This document shows positions 37,477-49,975 of a stretch of 64,000 nucleotides of DNA, piece by piece (the stretch's first letter is position 1; every line of letters begins with the position of its first letter). The position numbers were made by a program, and so were the translations under genes. The notes beneath the pieces were generated by a model, which saw nothing but the letters and a program-made list of their open reading frames with translations, made no database searches and was not told the DNA's origin. The DNA is from Haliotis rufescens (taxonomy: Eukaryota). The stretch spans positions 33,108,001 through 33,172,000 of the forward strand of contig NW_025963791.1 in assembly GCF_023055435.1 (NCBI RefSeq). Direction: 5' to 3'.

Positions 37477-39104
37477 CTACATGAAGTTTACTTCGTGTAT
37501 CTGACCTTCATCACACACAAACAGTGTGTCATGTCTATCGGCATACAATCCCCATGGATCACAGCCAATGTCCTTATGATCCGTGACACAATCCCCTGTC
37601 TCTGTCAGCCTTGTAACCTTACTGATGTCTGCAAGCAGGATGTCTCCTGTTGGAGAAGTTGAAATACCAAAAGGGTCGAGTGATCCGTCTCCAGTAGGGG
37701 CGTATCTCCACACAACATCTCCCTCTGACGTCACACATGTCACAGACTGCTCCCACCTGTCAGACACGAGTATGTTGCCCTTGTTGTTGACACACATGTA
37801 GTCGGGGCAGGCAAACAGTGTCTCATTGTTGTGTGTAGTGACTGACCTCAGCACGTGTCCCCCCATGTCCAGGATATCAACACAGGCGACACCACCTGCT
37901 GCTAGAGATGAAGGTCTCAGAACAGCTAGACTGAAGTACGCCTTGCTTGTTGTGATGGTTGAGAGCAGCACCAGGTCTGGGGTCACTTCTACTGTTACAA
38001 TCTTCGAGGAGTCAGGGACAGCAACCATCACCTGGTTCTCCTTCATCTGTGTTACACCACGTGGAGAGTTATCCAGGGGAAGTCTACTTTGACACAGTTG
38101 ATTGTTTCTAGTGTAGAAGGATTTCACACACTTGTTCCTTCTGTCAGTGACTACAACTGTCTGTATACCATCTACAATCAGGACTGTGATGTCACGTAGA
38201 TCAGGCTCCACCTCATCACCCGCCATCTTCCCATCTATCGTGTCAACCAGCAGTGGAGGCGGCAGACATGTGCCCTGATCCTGGTATGTGACGTCAATCT
38301 TCCCCAACTGTAGGTCATCTAGGATGTGCTGGACGTTGTCAGTGTCAGGTGTAAACCTGATGTCATCTATTCTCCGTGTGTCTGCTGTGTCTGTGTCCCT
38401 GACGTCCCCCAAGTCTACAGCCCCCGACTCCCAGGCCTGATACGCGTCATACAGGTCCATCTCACAGTCCGATACCAAGGCCTGGTCAATGAACTCACAA
38501 TGTTGTCTGTACATCTGCATCTCAATCTCTTCAAGTTTAACATCTGCTTTAAGTTGCTTAGTTTGTTTGTCTGTAATATCCTTGACTTCATTCATCAGCT
38601 GTTTTTCTTTCTGCTTGATGTTAGCGATGGCTCTCTCAACAGCAGATTTGATGTGACTTTCTACTGCTACTTTGTTTTTCTCAATTCCGCTAACCTTCTT
38701 GTTTGTTTTCTGAACAATTGTGTGCTTTCTATGAATTTTCTTTGACAAATGTTCAGCGTTTTTTCTCAAGTGGTATTTCATTGTTGGCATCATTGACTGA
38801 ATGGTAACGACTGACTCACATTTCCTGTGGTAAATAACACAACATGTCTGACACACAGCTTCGTGGCAGTCTTTACATACAAGCTTTATAACCTCATCCT
38901 TGTGCTCCCTGCACACGACCTTGCGCCTCCTCTTCACCTTGACCTCCCCTGAAAGGTCACATATTTCATGGTCATGTGATGCTGGATTTGCAACAGGCAT
39001 CTTGGCACATCTCTTGCAGAGGGACACTTGACACTCAGAACACCATGAGGCTCCCGGAGTTGTCTCCCCTAACTTCTCACACACTGAGCAACATGAAGCG
39101 GAAC
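37477..39104 (-). CDS. TRIM-D coding exon 2 (B-box1, B-box2, coiled coil, NHL-like propeller)
   Basis: AG at 39106-39105; open 535-aa ORF 37477..39084. Spliced protein is 641 aa. Confidence 0.92.
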
Positions 39105-39961
39105 CTGTTAGTGGACATGTCTATAGTTATTTGACATATCAGGACAATATTAATATAAATTAGAAGATTGAGAATCCAGGTAAGATCACCCCCTCTCACC
39201 TATTTTCAATGCACGAATAGGGCGGTGGGTGTAGGCTTGGAGTTTAAGTGTTGACTCGTCACGCCCATGTGTTTGATGTGTGAAGCCCCATATTGGCATG
39301 ATTGGCAGTGGCGTGAAACTGAACTCATTCACCCAGTTATGTACATGTAGTTTTAACAGGTACAATTGCACTTATGAGTGTACAGTTCTGATCACTATCA
39401 TCACGGGCGGTAGGGAAGCCTTGTGGTTTAGGTGTTAGCCAGGTTTGATTCCCCACAGGAGTAAAATGTGTGAAGCCCATTTCTTGTGTCCCCTGCAGTG
39501 ATATCACTGGAATATTGCTGAAGGCGGCAAAAATACATACTCACTCACTCACTCACTATTATCAACCTGAAAAATCTGATTATAGCCAGGTTTGATTCCC
39601 CACTTGAGTAAAATTTTAATTATAATAATATTTTCAAGTGCTTTATGGATGATCTGATTATATTAGCATCATGTAAAACGATAATAATCAGCAGGCCAGT
39701 GCACATTGTCCCGACGTCTAAATATATTGTAAATATGTCTATGCCGTGATTACAGTTGGAGTCATGTTTGTAACAAATGTATATTTTTGTGAAGTCAATT
39801 GGTATCATTGAACATATTGTTAACAGCAATACTGTAATTATACTGCATGGTTAAACAAATAACGAGTACCCTTTAATATGCCTTCATTACAAACAGGATT
39901 CTTATTAATAGATTTCAGTTTGTGAAATGAATGTGTAATTTATAATATAATAAACCAATAC

Positions 39962-40259
39962 CGGTTTTGACAATGTCAGCTTGAGTGTCAATAAGCCCTT
40001 GTATAATGGTGCTGGGTTTGATCTGCCCCGCCCACTCCTCCACTGGCCTGCTGGGGTGGGGGACCTTGGTATCTTGTCGACAGAAGGCACATGGGATCGT
40101 CTTGGACTGTACAGCATCTGGTCTTGTTTGGATGTATGCAGTGACACATTTCCTACAGAATGTGTGATCACACCTTAGTGTACAGGGGTCTGTGTACAGT
40201 TCCTGGCAGATCACACAGGTGAGGAATTCTGTAACCTTCTCAGCCCGCGACGTCGCCAT
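39962..40259 (-). CDS. TRIM-D coding exon 1 (RING)
   Basis: AG|ATG at 40259; intact C3HC4 RING; GT donor at 39961-39960; 298 nt, phase 1. Confidence 0.92.
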
Positions 40260-41208
40260 CTGTAAAACATAAATAACTGTTCGCTTTTCGAAGAAATAAT
40301 TTCAGTTGAAGTTGTTCCGTCTTTGTAATGGAGTAGCATGTGTTTTGTTTGAGACAATAACATTTCTTGAGTGCCACTTCGGGCTAACCCTCCATATCAA
40401 GCTGACACGTGATGATATAACTGAAATACTGCATAACGCGGCATTACACCAAACACATTCACCCCGTCAGTAACTTGTGTGCACCACTAAGTATGCTGAA
40501 ACGCCTCTGTAAACCCATGTCGAATGAGTAATTTACATATCATTTCTTGTCACAAAAGTAACCATATCGACCAATCCATAGTGCTACAGGAATAACAGAT
40601 GCTACACAGCGTGACTTCATGTCATGCAAGGTGTTTCAGAAGCGTGTGTCTATGTATTTGTTTATACTATTGTTTCAATAAAATATGTTCCTACATTATA
40701 GTTTTTTTTATGAATTCTGTCAAAAGAACAAGCTCGATCGTTGTTTCAACACAATAAAAGATTTACCTTGAATAGATGAACCGAAACTTAATATATGAAT
40801 ATATTGTGGTCATGTGAGATCAGGATTGATGTCAGCTTCACTTGTGTAGATGTGGAGGTAAACTGTCGTCATTGTTTGAAATGTTCATTTGTTTTCATAT
40901 TAAAAGCTAACTTTAAAACAACTACCAATAGGGCCTTGTATTGATGACCTGTAATCCACCTCCGTCAACACCAACCAAGCCTTGCTTTACTGATAATGGA
41001 CACGCCCCCTCACAGTACAATACAAGGGAGGTAACTGTGAACGTTAGTATTCAGGACCAAGTCAACATGTCTTTATTGTGTCATTTTTACGCCTCGACGA
41101 ATGACTTCGTTTACCTGAATGTCAAACATTTGTAAAACCCATAACAATTAAAGAAATTTAAATCAATATACTTTACATTTTTTTATTTTCTTGGGGCCAA
41201 CAATTCCT

Positions 41209-41226
41209 ACTTTCGGTTTCACTTCC
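41209..41226 (-). promoter_or_regulatory. ISRE plus ETS-IRF composite-like motif upstream of TRIM-D
   Basis: Minus strand reads GGAAGTGAAACCGAAAGT, at the position equivalent to the TRIM-A motif. Confidence 0.55.
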
Positions 41227-42994
41227 TTTAATGTTTCGTGTGTTTTTAAGTTTAAATTTAAGAAACACAAACCTTATATAAGTTTGACGCTGTCGATGTC
41301 CTGAATATACAGGTATACTAGTTCTTCATGTGAACTGTGTGAGACTAAATTGTATGTCCAGGATGCCTTGAAATAACCAAATCCCTCCGGGGTACACACC
41401 TGTGCCTACCTGTCCCTTCCGCATGACATACAAGGGATGTAACTGCGAAATCTCGACTAGTGGTGATTCAAAAGCGATCAAATCTGATGACGACGTAGGT
41501 TCCTGGATCGAATCAAGGATGATTCTTATAACGTCGAAAGAGATCGCACATTTCAATATACACACACAGTACACATTGTTAACAGTATTTATGTAATACC
41601 CTAAGATGTTTTACACATTCGTATTTGTACAACTATGTGCGAACATGTATACATGTAATGTTGTTTATAGCATTACAAGAAGTAAAAAGTTGGACAAGCA
41701 GCTATATGGCAGGTGTGGCGATCGAGATATGATAGCTGTTACAAATAAGAAATATACCACAGATACAATAACTTTCTTGAAACGTAAATAACAATCTTAC
41801 CAGTATTTCAAAGTAATCCGAATGGGCAAATCAACACACCGTCATGTAAACATCTTAAGCCCGAGAAACATTTAGGTGTTACACCAGTCTTACACCAGCA
41901 GGATTCCTGTGGCCTCCGTCAGTTACAAAAAATAAATATTAAAAGTCATGTATACTGTTGTGGTCAGAAGCATCAGATCACTAATCGAAGTCACGGAGTG
42001 TAATGTTAGTATCAGATATGTTCACTGCATGCAGAATAATCTCTTGTTTCGTTTTACTTGAACACAAAACCCGCATATGTAGCACGTGCGATACCCTACA
42101 GGTAATCTTATACTTGTTTCCCTCAGTTCGTATGATTACTGATGTTTAGCCTCTGAATATAGCATGATAGCAATTACTGATTCAATACACGAGATTTAAC
42201 GTATGCATTTACGTGTTTTACTATTTATTGATGATTTATTGATGTAATGATACATGGCCCTGATCGAGTTAGGATCTGTGCGATGAAGGAATATCCCTAT
42301 TTACTTCTACAGGACGGTGTTCCTTTCCATATATCTATTGAGATAGTGTCATCTCAATAAGTAGGTATATGCTGGCTGAATGAGTAGTTATCTCACGATA
42401 GGCTGCGTTTACAAATACAAATTTACACTTGAGTCTGTGAGTGAAGAATGTAACCCAATGGGGACGTTACTATTGACATCTCATTGAGTTGCATTGTCAT
42501 GCTGAATGGTCACCCTTCGATGGACAGCTGTGCTTTAAAACGTGCTGATAAATATAACTATGGATTTATGCTGTATGTGTTGAATAATGATATCCTACTT
42601 CAATATCTCCTATGACCCTACAGAAACACAACTGAACACTCATTTATATATGTGTGAGACTGGAAGAAACTTGAAACGAAACAGCTGAGAAGCTAGCTAA
42701 AGTTAATTGTTTGTTTTAGTTGGCAACATGAATTCTTATATCAACCAAATAAGGATTGTAAAAGCATTCAAACATTTGTCTTAATTATCCCTGCATTCGC
42801 TGCATTCAGCAATATTCCAACTATATGACGGCGGCCTGTAAACAATCGAGTCTGTACCAGACAATCCAGTTATTGACATAATGAGCATCGACCCACGTCA
42901 TTGGGATACGATGATATGCATCAAGCAACTAGCCTGACCACCCGATCCCTCGACATTAACTGCACAAAATGTCCAATACCCTCGTGAGAATAAG

Positions 42995-43780
42995 AATGAG
43001 ATCCAACTTTCAGATGAATATGTAACCATGAGATCCCACATTTAGATCAATATGTAACCATGCGATGACACATCTAGATGAATATGTAGGCATTAGATCC
43101 CACCTTTAGATAAACACGTCAGCATGATATCCCATTTTTAGATGAACTTGTAAGCATGAGATCCCAACTTTAGATGAACATGTAGGCATGAGATCCCACT
43201 TTTAGATGAACATGTAAACATGAGATCCCACTTTTAGATGAACATGTAAACATGAGATCCCACTTTTAGATGAACATGTTAGCATGAGGTTCCACTTTTA
43301 GATGAACATGTAAACATGAGATCCCACTTTTAGATGAACATGTAAACATGAGATCCCACTTATAGATGAACATGTAAACATGAGATTACTCTTTTAGATG
43401 AACATGTAGGCATGAGATCCCACTTTTAGATGAACATGTAAACATGAGATCCCACTTTTAGATGAACTTGTAAGCATGAGATCCCAACTTTAGATGAACA
43501 TGTAAACATGAGATCCAACTTTAAGATGAACATGTAGGCATGAGATCCCACTTTTAGATGAACATGTAAACATGAGGTTCCACTTTTAGATGAACAAGTG
43601 AACATGAGATCCCACTTTTAGATGAACATGTAAACATGAGATCCCACTTTTAGATGAACATGTAAACATGAGATGAACTTGTAAGCATGAGGTTCCACTT
43701 TTAGATGAACATGTAAGCATGAGATTCCACTTTTAGTTGAACATGCAAGCATGAGATTTCAACTTTTGATGAACATGTAA
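42995..43780 (+). repeat. 32-bp minisatellite downstream of the FUT gene
   Basis: Unit catgagatcccacttttagatgaacatgtaaa. Confidence 0.95.
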
Positions 43781-44016
43781 ACACGGTTTGAAATTAATAA
43801 CAATCGCAACTAAAATCTGAAGCATATTTATTTTCAAACAACTCAGAAAATGAATGTCTGTGGGATAAAGTTTGCAATAGTAAGTAAGGGATAAGTAATA
43901 AACATCTATCACGTCAGATACAATATATTGGTTAATGGATGCAGGCGGGTTTTGGGTTTTAAAATACAGATTCAAGTAAACTCCATAAGTTACTTTTTAT
44001 CCTAGTAAAAGCTGCT

Positions 44017-44541
44017 CTACAAGTCTTCCTGTTTCGCCTGCACCTTTCTCAATCGTTGTTTTGTGGCTGTGTACAGGTCGTGAGACGTGATGTTCTCAGC
44101 CCTGTCATAGAACTGGCGGAACACCTGCGCGTTCATATGGTAGAATGCCAACTCATGCTTTCGGCGATGGTCGGGGACGATTTGGCCGTTTTCGTCAAAT
44201 TTCTGTGCAGGTAAAGGACATCCAAAATGGTTCAGATTTGCCTGTGCTTTCGCGACAGGCTTCCCGGCTTTAGTTGCATCAAGTGCCTTGTGAAGTTTGT
44301 CACAGAGGAAACACTCATATCCTGAAGCAGCCTTCCCAAAACGTCCACCTGCGTACTCCCCTGGTGATATCCGGGCGAGTTCTGACTTCAGCGTTGGATT
44401 TGAAATACCCGTGTGTTTGAATTCGAGGTATGACTCATACTGTTCGTCGTTCCGATCAAGCTGCTTGATGAACGCAGCCAAGTCTTGAATAGTGTCAAAG
44501 TCTTCGACCAGAATCGCTGATTTGGTGGATGGTAAAAAGTC
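44017..44541 (-). CDS. GT10 alpha-1,3-fucosyltransferase FUT10/FUT11-like, last exon
   Basis: tttcAG|GAC, phase 0; DFLPSTKSAILVEDF..YLEFK..ECFLC..HFGCPLP; ends KQEDL*. Confidence 0.88.
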   Translation of the reverse strand, partial: DFLPSTKSAILVEDFDTIQDLAAFIKQLDRNDEQYESYLEFKHTGISNPTLKSELARISPGEYAGGRFGKAASGYECFLCDKLHKALDATKAGKPVAKAQANLNHFGCPLPAQKFDENGQIVPDHRRKHELAFYHMNAQVFRQFYDRAENITSHDLYTATKQRLRKVQAKQEDL

Positions 44542-45453
44542 CTGAAAGTACGTTTTAAGTAGAGCTAATTTTAAATTGCATTTATTTGAATAGAACAAAC
44601 TACAATCAGAAAAAAAAAGATGTATAATAATTTCAATTCTTTCCGAGGCTGAGAGCTAAGATTCTAGTCGACTACAAGTTTGTTCAATTCATGACAAATT
44701 TATTTTTAAATTCCTTTCACGCTGTTAATGCCACAGTACACATTTATAACATGACCATAAAACAGAAATGATTTATCGGCGCAGACGCACTTTAATATTC
44801 ATTCTTTATTCGTGAGTTTATCTTTCTTCGTTAGTTTTTCTCGTTCAGTTCTTCAAATAATAGAAACAGATCACAATGGGGGTTCACAGTTTCAAATCAT
44901 ATATTAAGTTACTGTATTATTGTGTCTGGATGTGTCCTCGAAAGTTACATGAACATTTAGGCGTATATGCATCAAACGTAGAACCGGTGATTCTGAAATT
45001 GTGGTTGAAAAATAATCCTGATGATAACAATGGTTCAGCGACAATATTTCTTGAGTGAACCCTCCACCTGTGCATGGATGACCAGCTACTCCGTTAGCCT
45101 GGAGTAACGACCATCAGTTGAGTAGCTTAATGCAAAACGTTTTCATTCATCCGTTACACGAGACGATAACTATATTGAAGACCAAAGCTTACCCTCTGCT
45201 CTATCGTAGTCGTTTATTGTATTGAAGTTGTTTAGAACATGTAATTATGATTATGCCTTTACATCTACGACTTACGACTTTGTGTGTCTTGGGTACAGCC
45301 TAAGAAAATATATAATTACTTATATACCCTCACGAAAATGCCACCACACAAACAAGACATGTCGCCCATCTCACCGCGAGTTTTCGTCTCGTTGTCCAAG
45401 CATAAGAACATTTACTCTCACCGAAATGTGTCCACACACAGAAGTCATCTCAC

Positions 45454-45634
45454 CCTGATTGTCGGCGAGCCGAGCACAATAAGGACAGTTCCCTCCTGTA
45501 GAGGGCGCCACAACTTCTCTGTGATGTAGTCGTCACAGATGGCGTTCTCAAAAGCTATAGCAAACTTGTAGCGGGCGACAAGTTTCAAAAAGTCTGGCTT
45601 CAAGAAGCCTGCTATACCGTCGAGATTTTTGAAT
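45454..45634 (-). CDS. FUT10/FUT11-like exon carrying the alpha-1,3-FucT motif
   Basis: YKFAIAFENAICDDYITEKLWRPLQEGTVLIVLGSPTIR is the GT10 signature. AG at 45636-45635 (phase 2); donor AGG|GTGAGA. Confidence 0.92.
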
Positions 45635-46134
45635 CTATATGCAACAGAAAGAGATTGGTTACAGTTTAATAGTTGCAAAGTGCTGTGCTCTTCATTCTAC
45701 ACTGCGTGCATCTTAACAAAATAGATAGACTTGCCCAGTCTCCATATTGATAATATTGAGTGCATGTAGGTCGGAAATGTGGTAAAAGATTATGAGCTGT
45801 ACTGACCATGCTATATATTATGATAACAAATTAACATTGTGTTAAAATGATAACGAGCCCAGTTACATGTATGACATGGCCTAAACAACGGGTTCCATTT
45901 GCCTCCAAAATATCATAACATATATGACTAAGTGAAAACNNNNNNNNNNNNNNNNNNNNNNNNNNNNNNNNNNNNNNNNNNNNNNNNNNNNNNNNNNNNN
46001 NNNNNNNNNNNNNNNNNNNNNNNNNNNNNNNNNNNNNNNNNNNNNNNNNNNNNNNNNNNNNNNNNNNNNNNNNNNNNNNNNNNNNNNNNNNNNNNNNNNN
46101 NNNNNNNNNNNNNNNNNNGAAAGTGCATATTCCC

Positions 46135-46580
46135 TGTGTATGTGTGCATGTCTGCATGTATATGTGTGTGTCCTTATGCGTGTATGCCTGTATGTGTGTG
46201 TCTTTATGTGTGTATGTGTATGAATGTGAATGTGTGTGTCTGTATGTGTGACTGTATCAGTGTGTATGTGTGTGTCTGTATTTGTGTATGACTGTCTATA
46301 TGTCTGTGTGTGTGTCTGTATTCGTGNNNNNNNNNNNNNNNNNNNNNNNNNNNNNNNNNNNNNNNNNNNNNNNNNNNNNNNNNNNNNNNNNNNNNNNNNN
46401 NNNNNNNNNNNNNNNNNNNNNNNNNNNNNNNNNNNNNNNNNNNNNNNNNNNNNNNNNGTCTGTATGTCTCTGTTTGTGTCTGTATGTGTGTCTGTATTCG
46501 TGTATGTCTGTGTGTGTGTCTGTACGTGTGTGTGTCTGAACTCGTGTATGTCTGTATGTGTGTCTGTGTGTGTATGTTTG
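46135..46580 (+). repeat. Degenerate (TG)n microsatellite in FUT intron, with gap
   Basis: TG/TGTA/TGTC mosaic; N gaps at 45940-46118 and 46327-46457. Confidence 0.9.
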
Positions 46581-46606
46581 ACTGCATATGGTCCAGGTGA
46601 ACTCAC

Positions 46607-47019
46607 TCTTCTGGGAAGTCCTTGTTGAGGAGACAAGGGCCGTAGGAATCTACATCGACGTATTTCTGCAACGTCGTGACGAACTGCTCCCTGTTGGATG
46701 GTGTGTTGCAGTCGCTGTGGACAAATATAATTGGAGCTAGGCCATCATCTGTCCTCATCACATTCTTTCTGTCTGTGGGGACTAAATATTCTTTACTGAG
46801 CAGTGTCTCTTTGTTTGTCAGCCAGTGGGTGGTGAGCGGGTAGTCAGATCCCCTCTTGAAAGTCGATGTGTAGTTGAACAGCTCTATAGTGCTCCTGAAT
46901 GAAAACAGCCAATCTTTGTTCATGGGCGACTCTTCGTGGATCAATGCCCAAATATCGCCATCCTTCCTTGGAAAAGGAAGACCACTCGACAGAAAGAATG
47001 AGCCGTAAAATACGTACAT
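46607..47019 (-). CDS. FUT10/FUT11-like internal exon
   Basis: WALIHEESP, FNYTSTF, SDCNTPSNR and DSYGPCL motifs typical of FUT10/11. ttttcAG|ATG acceptor; GA|GTGAGT donor (phase 2, matches next exon). Confidence 0.92.
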
Positions 47020-47565
47020 CTGAAAATATAAATGGAAGATTGATAGTCCCTCTGACAAAAGGTACAACTTCTGACTGTCTATGTTCTGAAGGCGTCACGG
47101 ACGAGTGTGCGCAGTGTAGCCATTTGACGCCAAAGTTGTCGTGCGTTTTTCGCTTTGAAAGAAGAGGCTGTTGTGACGAAGTTTTTAATGTTGCGGTGAA
47201 AACGAATGAAATAAAACTCTGCGACAGGCATCAGCAAACTTACTGAAGCGAGACTTCTCTCTAAAGTTCATGTCAGGCTAATCCCCTATAACCTACATAA
47301 TATATCGCGATAATGGTCGGTTGTAAGAACACTGAAATCATGACGCTTCATGTAGGTAGATACTTTTGGGTAGTTTCTTTCGCAAACATGCCTACACACA
47401 TAGTTGACATGATCGACCGTTTGTACTGGTAAAGCTTAATGTGACGGTGACACAATTTCAGTAACACATAGAGCAGGTAAATTGCAATGGAAGCGTCACT
47501 CAGTAGCCGTCTCATTCAAAACTATCGCAAACATTTACCGTGTATATGTTGTCATGGTTACTCAC

Positions 47566-47729
47566 CATGACTTCTTGATGCTGCAGTCGTGTCTTGTTTC
47601 TGGACAGGAGACATCTCTGTTGCGTCTCACAGGAGATGACATAATCAGGATATTTGCCTATCGACTCCCACCAAGTCAAGACTGGCAGGGTGGCGTGGCT
47701 CTCATCCACCTCATAGCTGACGACTTGCC
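47566..47729 (-). CDS. FUT10/FUT11-like exon (stem and start of catalytic domain)
   Basis: LPVLTWW..C....C.LSRNK pattern. gtgcAG acceptor (phase 1); ATG|GTGAGT donor (phase 0, matches next exon). Confidence 0.82.
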
Positions 47730-48159
47730 CTGCACAGTGAAAATGTAAACATAGCTCACTCCAACCTCTCCGTCGGTGGATGGGAAGGTGGGTTGGACGG
47801 TGGAAGGGTCGGTGGGTGGCTCGGTGGGTGGCTCGGTGGAAGGGTGGGTGGGTCGGTCCGTCGGTCGGACCACGTTTCTCAGGTGACGGTCATGGCAGAC
47901 TGTTAATATTCAAGTCTGGACCAAACAAACCTTGAATTTAAAGCATAAGCCCTGATGAACGACAGGTTTCGATCCATGTCGATTCGTACGAAAATCGAAG
48001 TATCCTGAGAACCATTTCTACCCCGGAATCACCATGGAGACCATGTTCTACATCATGGCATGGGAGGTTACAATGTCTGTAGAGATGAGTGCCATTCGCT
48101 CACCATAACATACAGAACCAGTTCTATCAACTCTGTCCCATCCAGATTCGATGACTAAA

Positions 48160-48321
48160 TGAGTGAGTTTGGTTTTACGCCGCTTTTAGCAATATTCCAG
48201 CAATATCACGGCGGGGGGACACCAGAAATGGGCTTCACACATTGTACCCATGTCGGGAATCGAACCCGGGTCTTCGGCGTGACGAGCCAACGCTTTAACA
48301 ACTTGGCTACCCAACCGCCCC
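48160..48321 (-). mobile_element. SINE family 2 (in probable FUT intron)
   Basis: Full-length reverse copy; TSD ttcgatgact at 48147-48156 and 48322-48331. Confidence 0.9.
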
Positions 48322-48465
48322 TTCGATGACTGAAGATACAGGGATACAGTTGCAATATGGCTTGGTTCGTTAACATGAATAAAGTCCCATGACTCCAGGT
48401 GACTGAAACATGCTGACACCAACACATGACACACACAACGCAACTGATGAAAGAAAGATGTTTTA

Positions 48466-48834
48466 CCGTATTCGACGTAATAAGCGCCCAGGGCGCTCTC
48501 AAAATTAAAAATAGGGGGCCCTTATTAGAATAGAATTTTCGTGAGAAAAAAAAACACTTGAAAGATCGTAAATTTCGTGGTTTATGCTAACAGCATGAAA
48601 TGATACAAAAGAAAAGACTGTGCGTATTATACACGACATATATATTTTCAATAATTTAATTGCTCATAATTAAGGGTGCATATAACACACGAGTGCATAT
48701 TATAAACGAATAGATAAGTCTTGTGAACATTGATTAATCGGAAGGGGTGCTAATTAGAATTGTTCACTAGCAATTCAATATATCAGCAAATATAGGCGCT
48801 TATTATAGCGGAGCGCTTATTACGTCGAATACGG
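48466..48834. mobile_element. Tc1/mariner-pogo-type MITE
   Basis: Perfect 22-bp TIRs CCGTATTCGACGTAATAAGCGC, TA TSD on both sides, subterminal gcgcttatta repeats. Confidence 0.9.
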
Positions 48835-49277
48835 TATATTGTTTTCGTAAATGTTCTGACATCCTTCCTTGCCTCATGTTTTCATGACCTACTAACTTCA
48901 CAGTACATATCAATTATACTACAGCGACAAAACCGTTTCCATATTAATAAGAAATCTATCCTGAAAGCAGATTCATTTACAATGCCACTTATGATGATCA
49001 TGTGTTTAGTAATCACTATCAAATAGTGATTACACCAGGTGTTCGTAAAAAGGTGAGCGTATCCTGCCCCTACCGGTGGCACCCGTCACAAACACATGCA
49101 AAGGCACGTCAGTTGTTCACTTGAAATACACGAGAACATATGGGACAAGTCAAATTATGGAAGTGTATTGGACATTATTTTTTACATGTATTATATCCGT
49201 GAAAATATATAAAAGATAATTATTAGCCACATTACAGCTTCAGTGTGTTAGGTTAAGATATATAGTGGCCAACGTAC

Positions 49278-49328
49278 CATCACCCACTGTGTAGCAAGTC
49301 CAAATCAACACCAAAAGAGAGATCTCAT
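49278..49328 (-). CDS. Candidate upstream hydrophobic (signal/anchor) exon of the FUT10/11-like gene
   Basis: tttcAG ... G|GTACGT flanks a 51-nt exon reading EISLLVLIWTCYTVGD in the frame that joins the phase-1 acceptor at 47729. Its own ATG is 2 nt out of frame. Confidence 0.4.
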
Positions 49329-49914
49329 CTGAAACATACAATATCACAATATCATGGTGTCAAAATACTAAAGTATGAAGACACATTTTTTCACAACGTG
49401 TTTTGAAGAACACTGCTCATGCCAAGTTAACAATATGCCATTGTGGGTAGCAAATTGTCTTGCGGTATTGAAGAGTATGAGTAGGTTGACGTTGTCCAAC
49501 CGAATCACCAGTCATCCTTAAAACAAAATAGCCATACTATAGCCATGTTAATATGAAACTGTACATAAATTACACATCACTGTCTTTATACATGATCAAT
49601 ATCCTGTTGTATCAATAATCCATGTAACTAACTAACTTAACTAACCTGGAAGCATTACTTAGAGCAATCACACCCTCTCCATCAATGGCACAGTTTATCA
49701 GCATTTCCCATTAACAAACTATACCCAAGGCGCGCTGATGCTTCCCGTCTCGGTTGAATGTCGTGTCTCTGGGGGTATACTTCATACACACGCTAACGTA
49801 CCCGGCCAGGCGAGTCAACTCAAGCATGTGTCCACTCGCCCGTATCACTGAGTAAGTAATCGCTGTCAATAACGGACTTTCCAAATCCCATTACAGAATC
49901 AACTAACATACAGT

Positions 49915-49975
49915 TAGGTGAGGTGAAATGTGTTTAACGTCGCGTCCAAGATTATTGCACTTATATATGGCTGCA
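49915..49975 (-). mobile_element. SINE family 1, 3' tail fragment
   Basis: aggtgaggtgaaatgtgtttaacgtcgcgtccaagattattgcacttatata. Confidence 0.7.

Larger units (their letters stand above)
33077..41850 (+). repeat. Segmental duplication unit (TRIM-D unit)
   Basis: Colinear with 1-7010 and, from 34529 on, with 51301-57624. Confidence 0.9.

Noticed and set aside
49020-49090. Motif reminiscent of a common mollusc Penelope-associated repeat end
   Set aside because: Resemblance from memory only, single copy here, and no boundaries identifiable.
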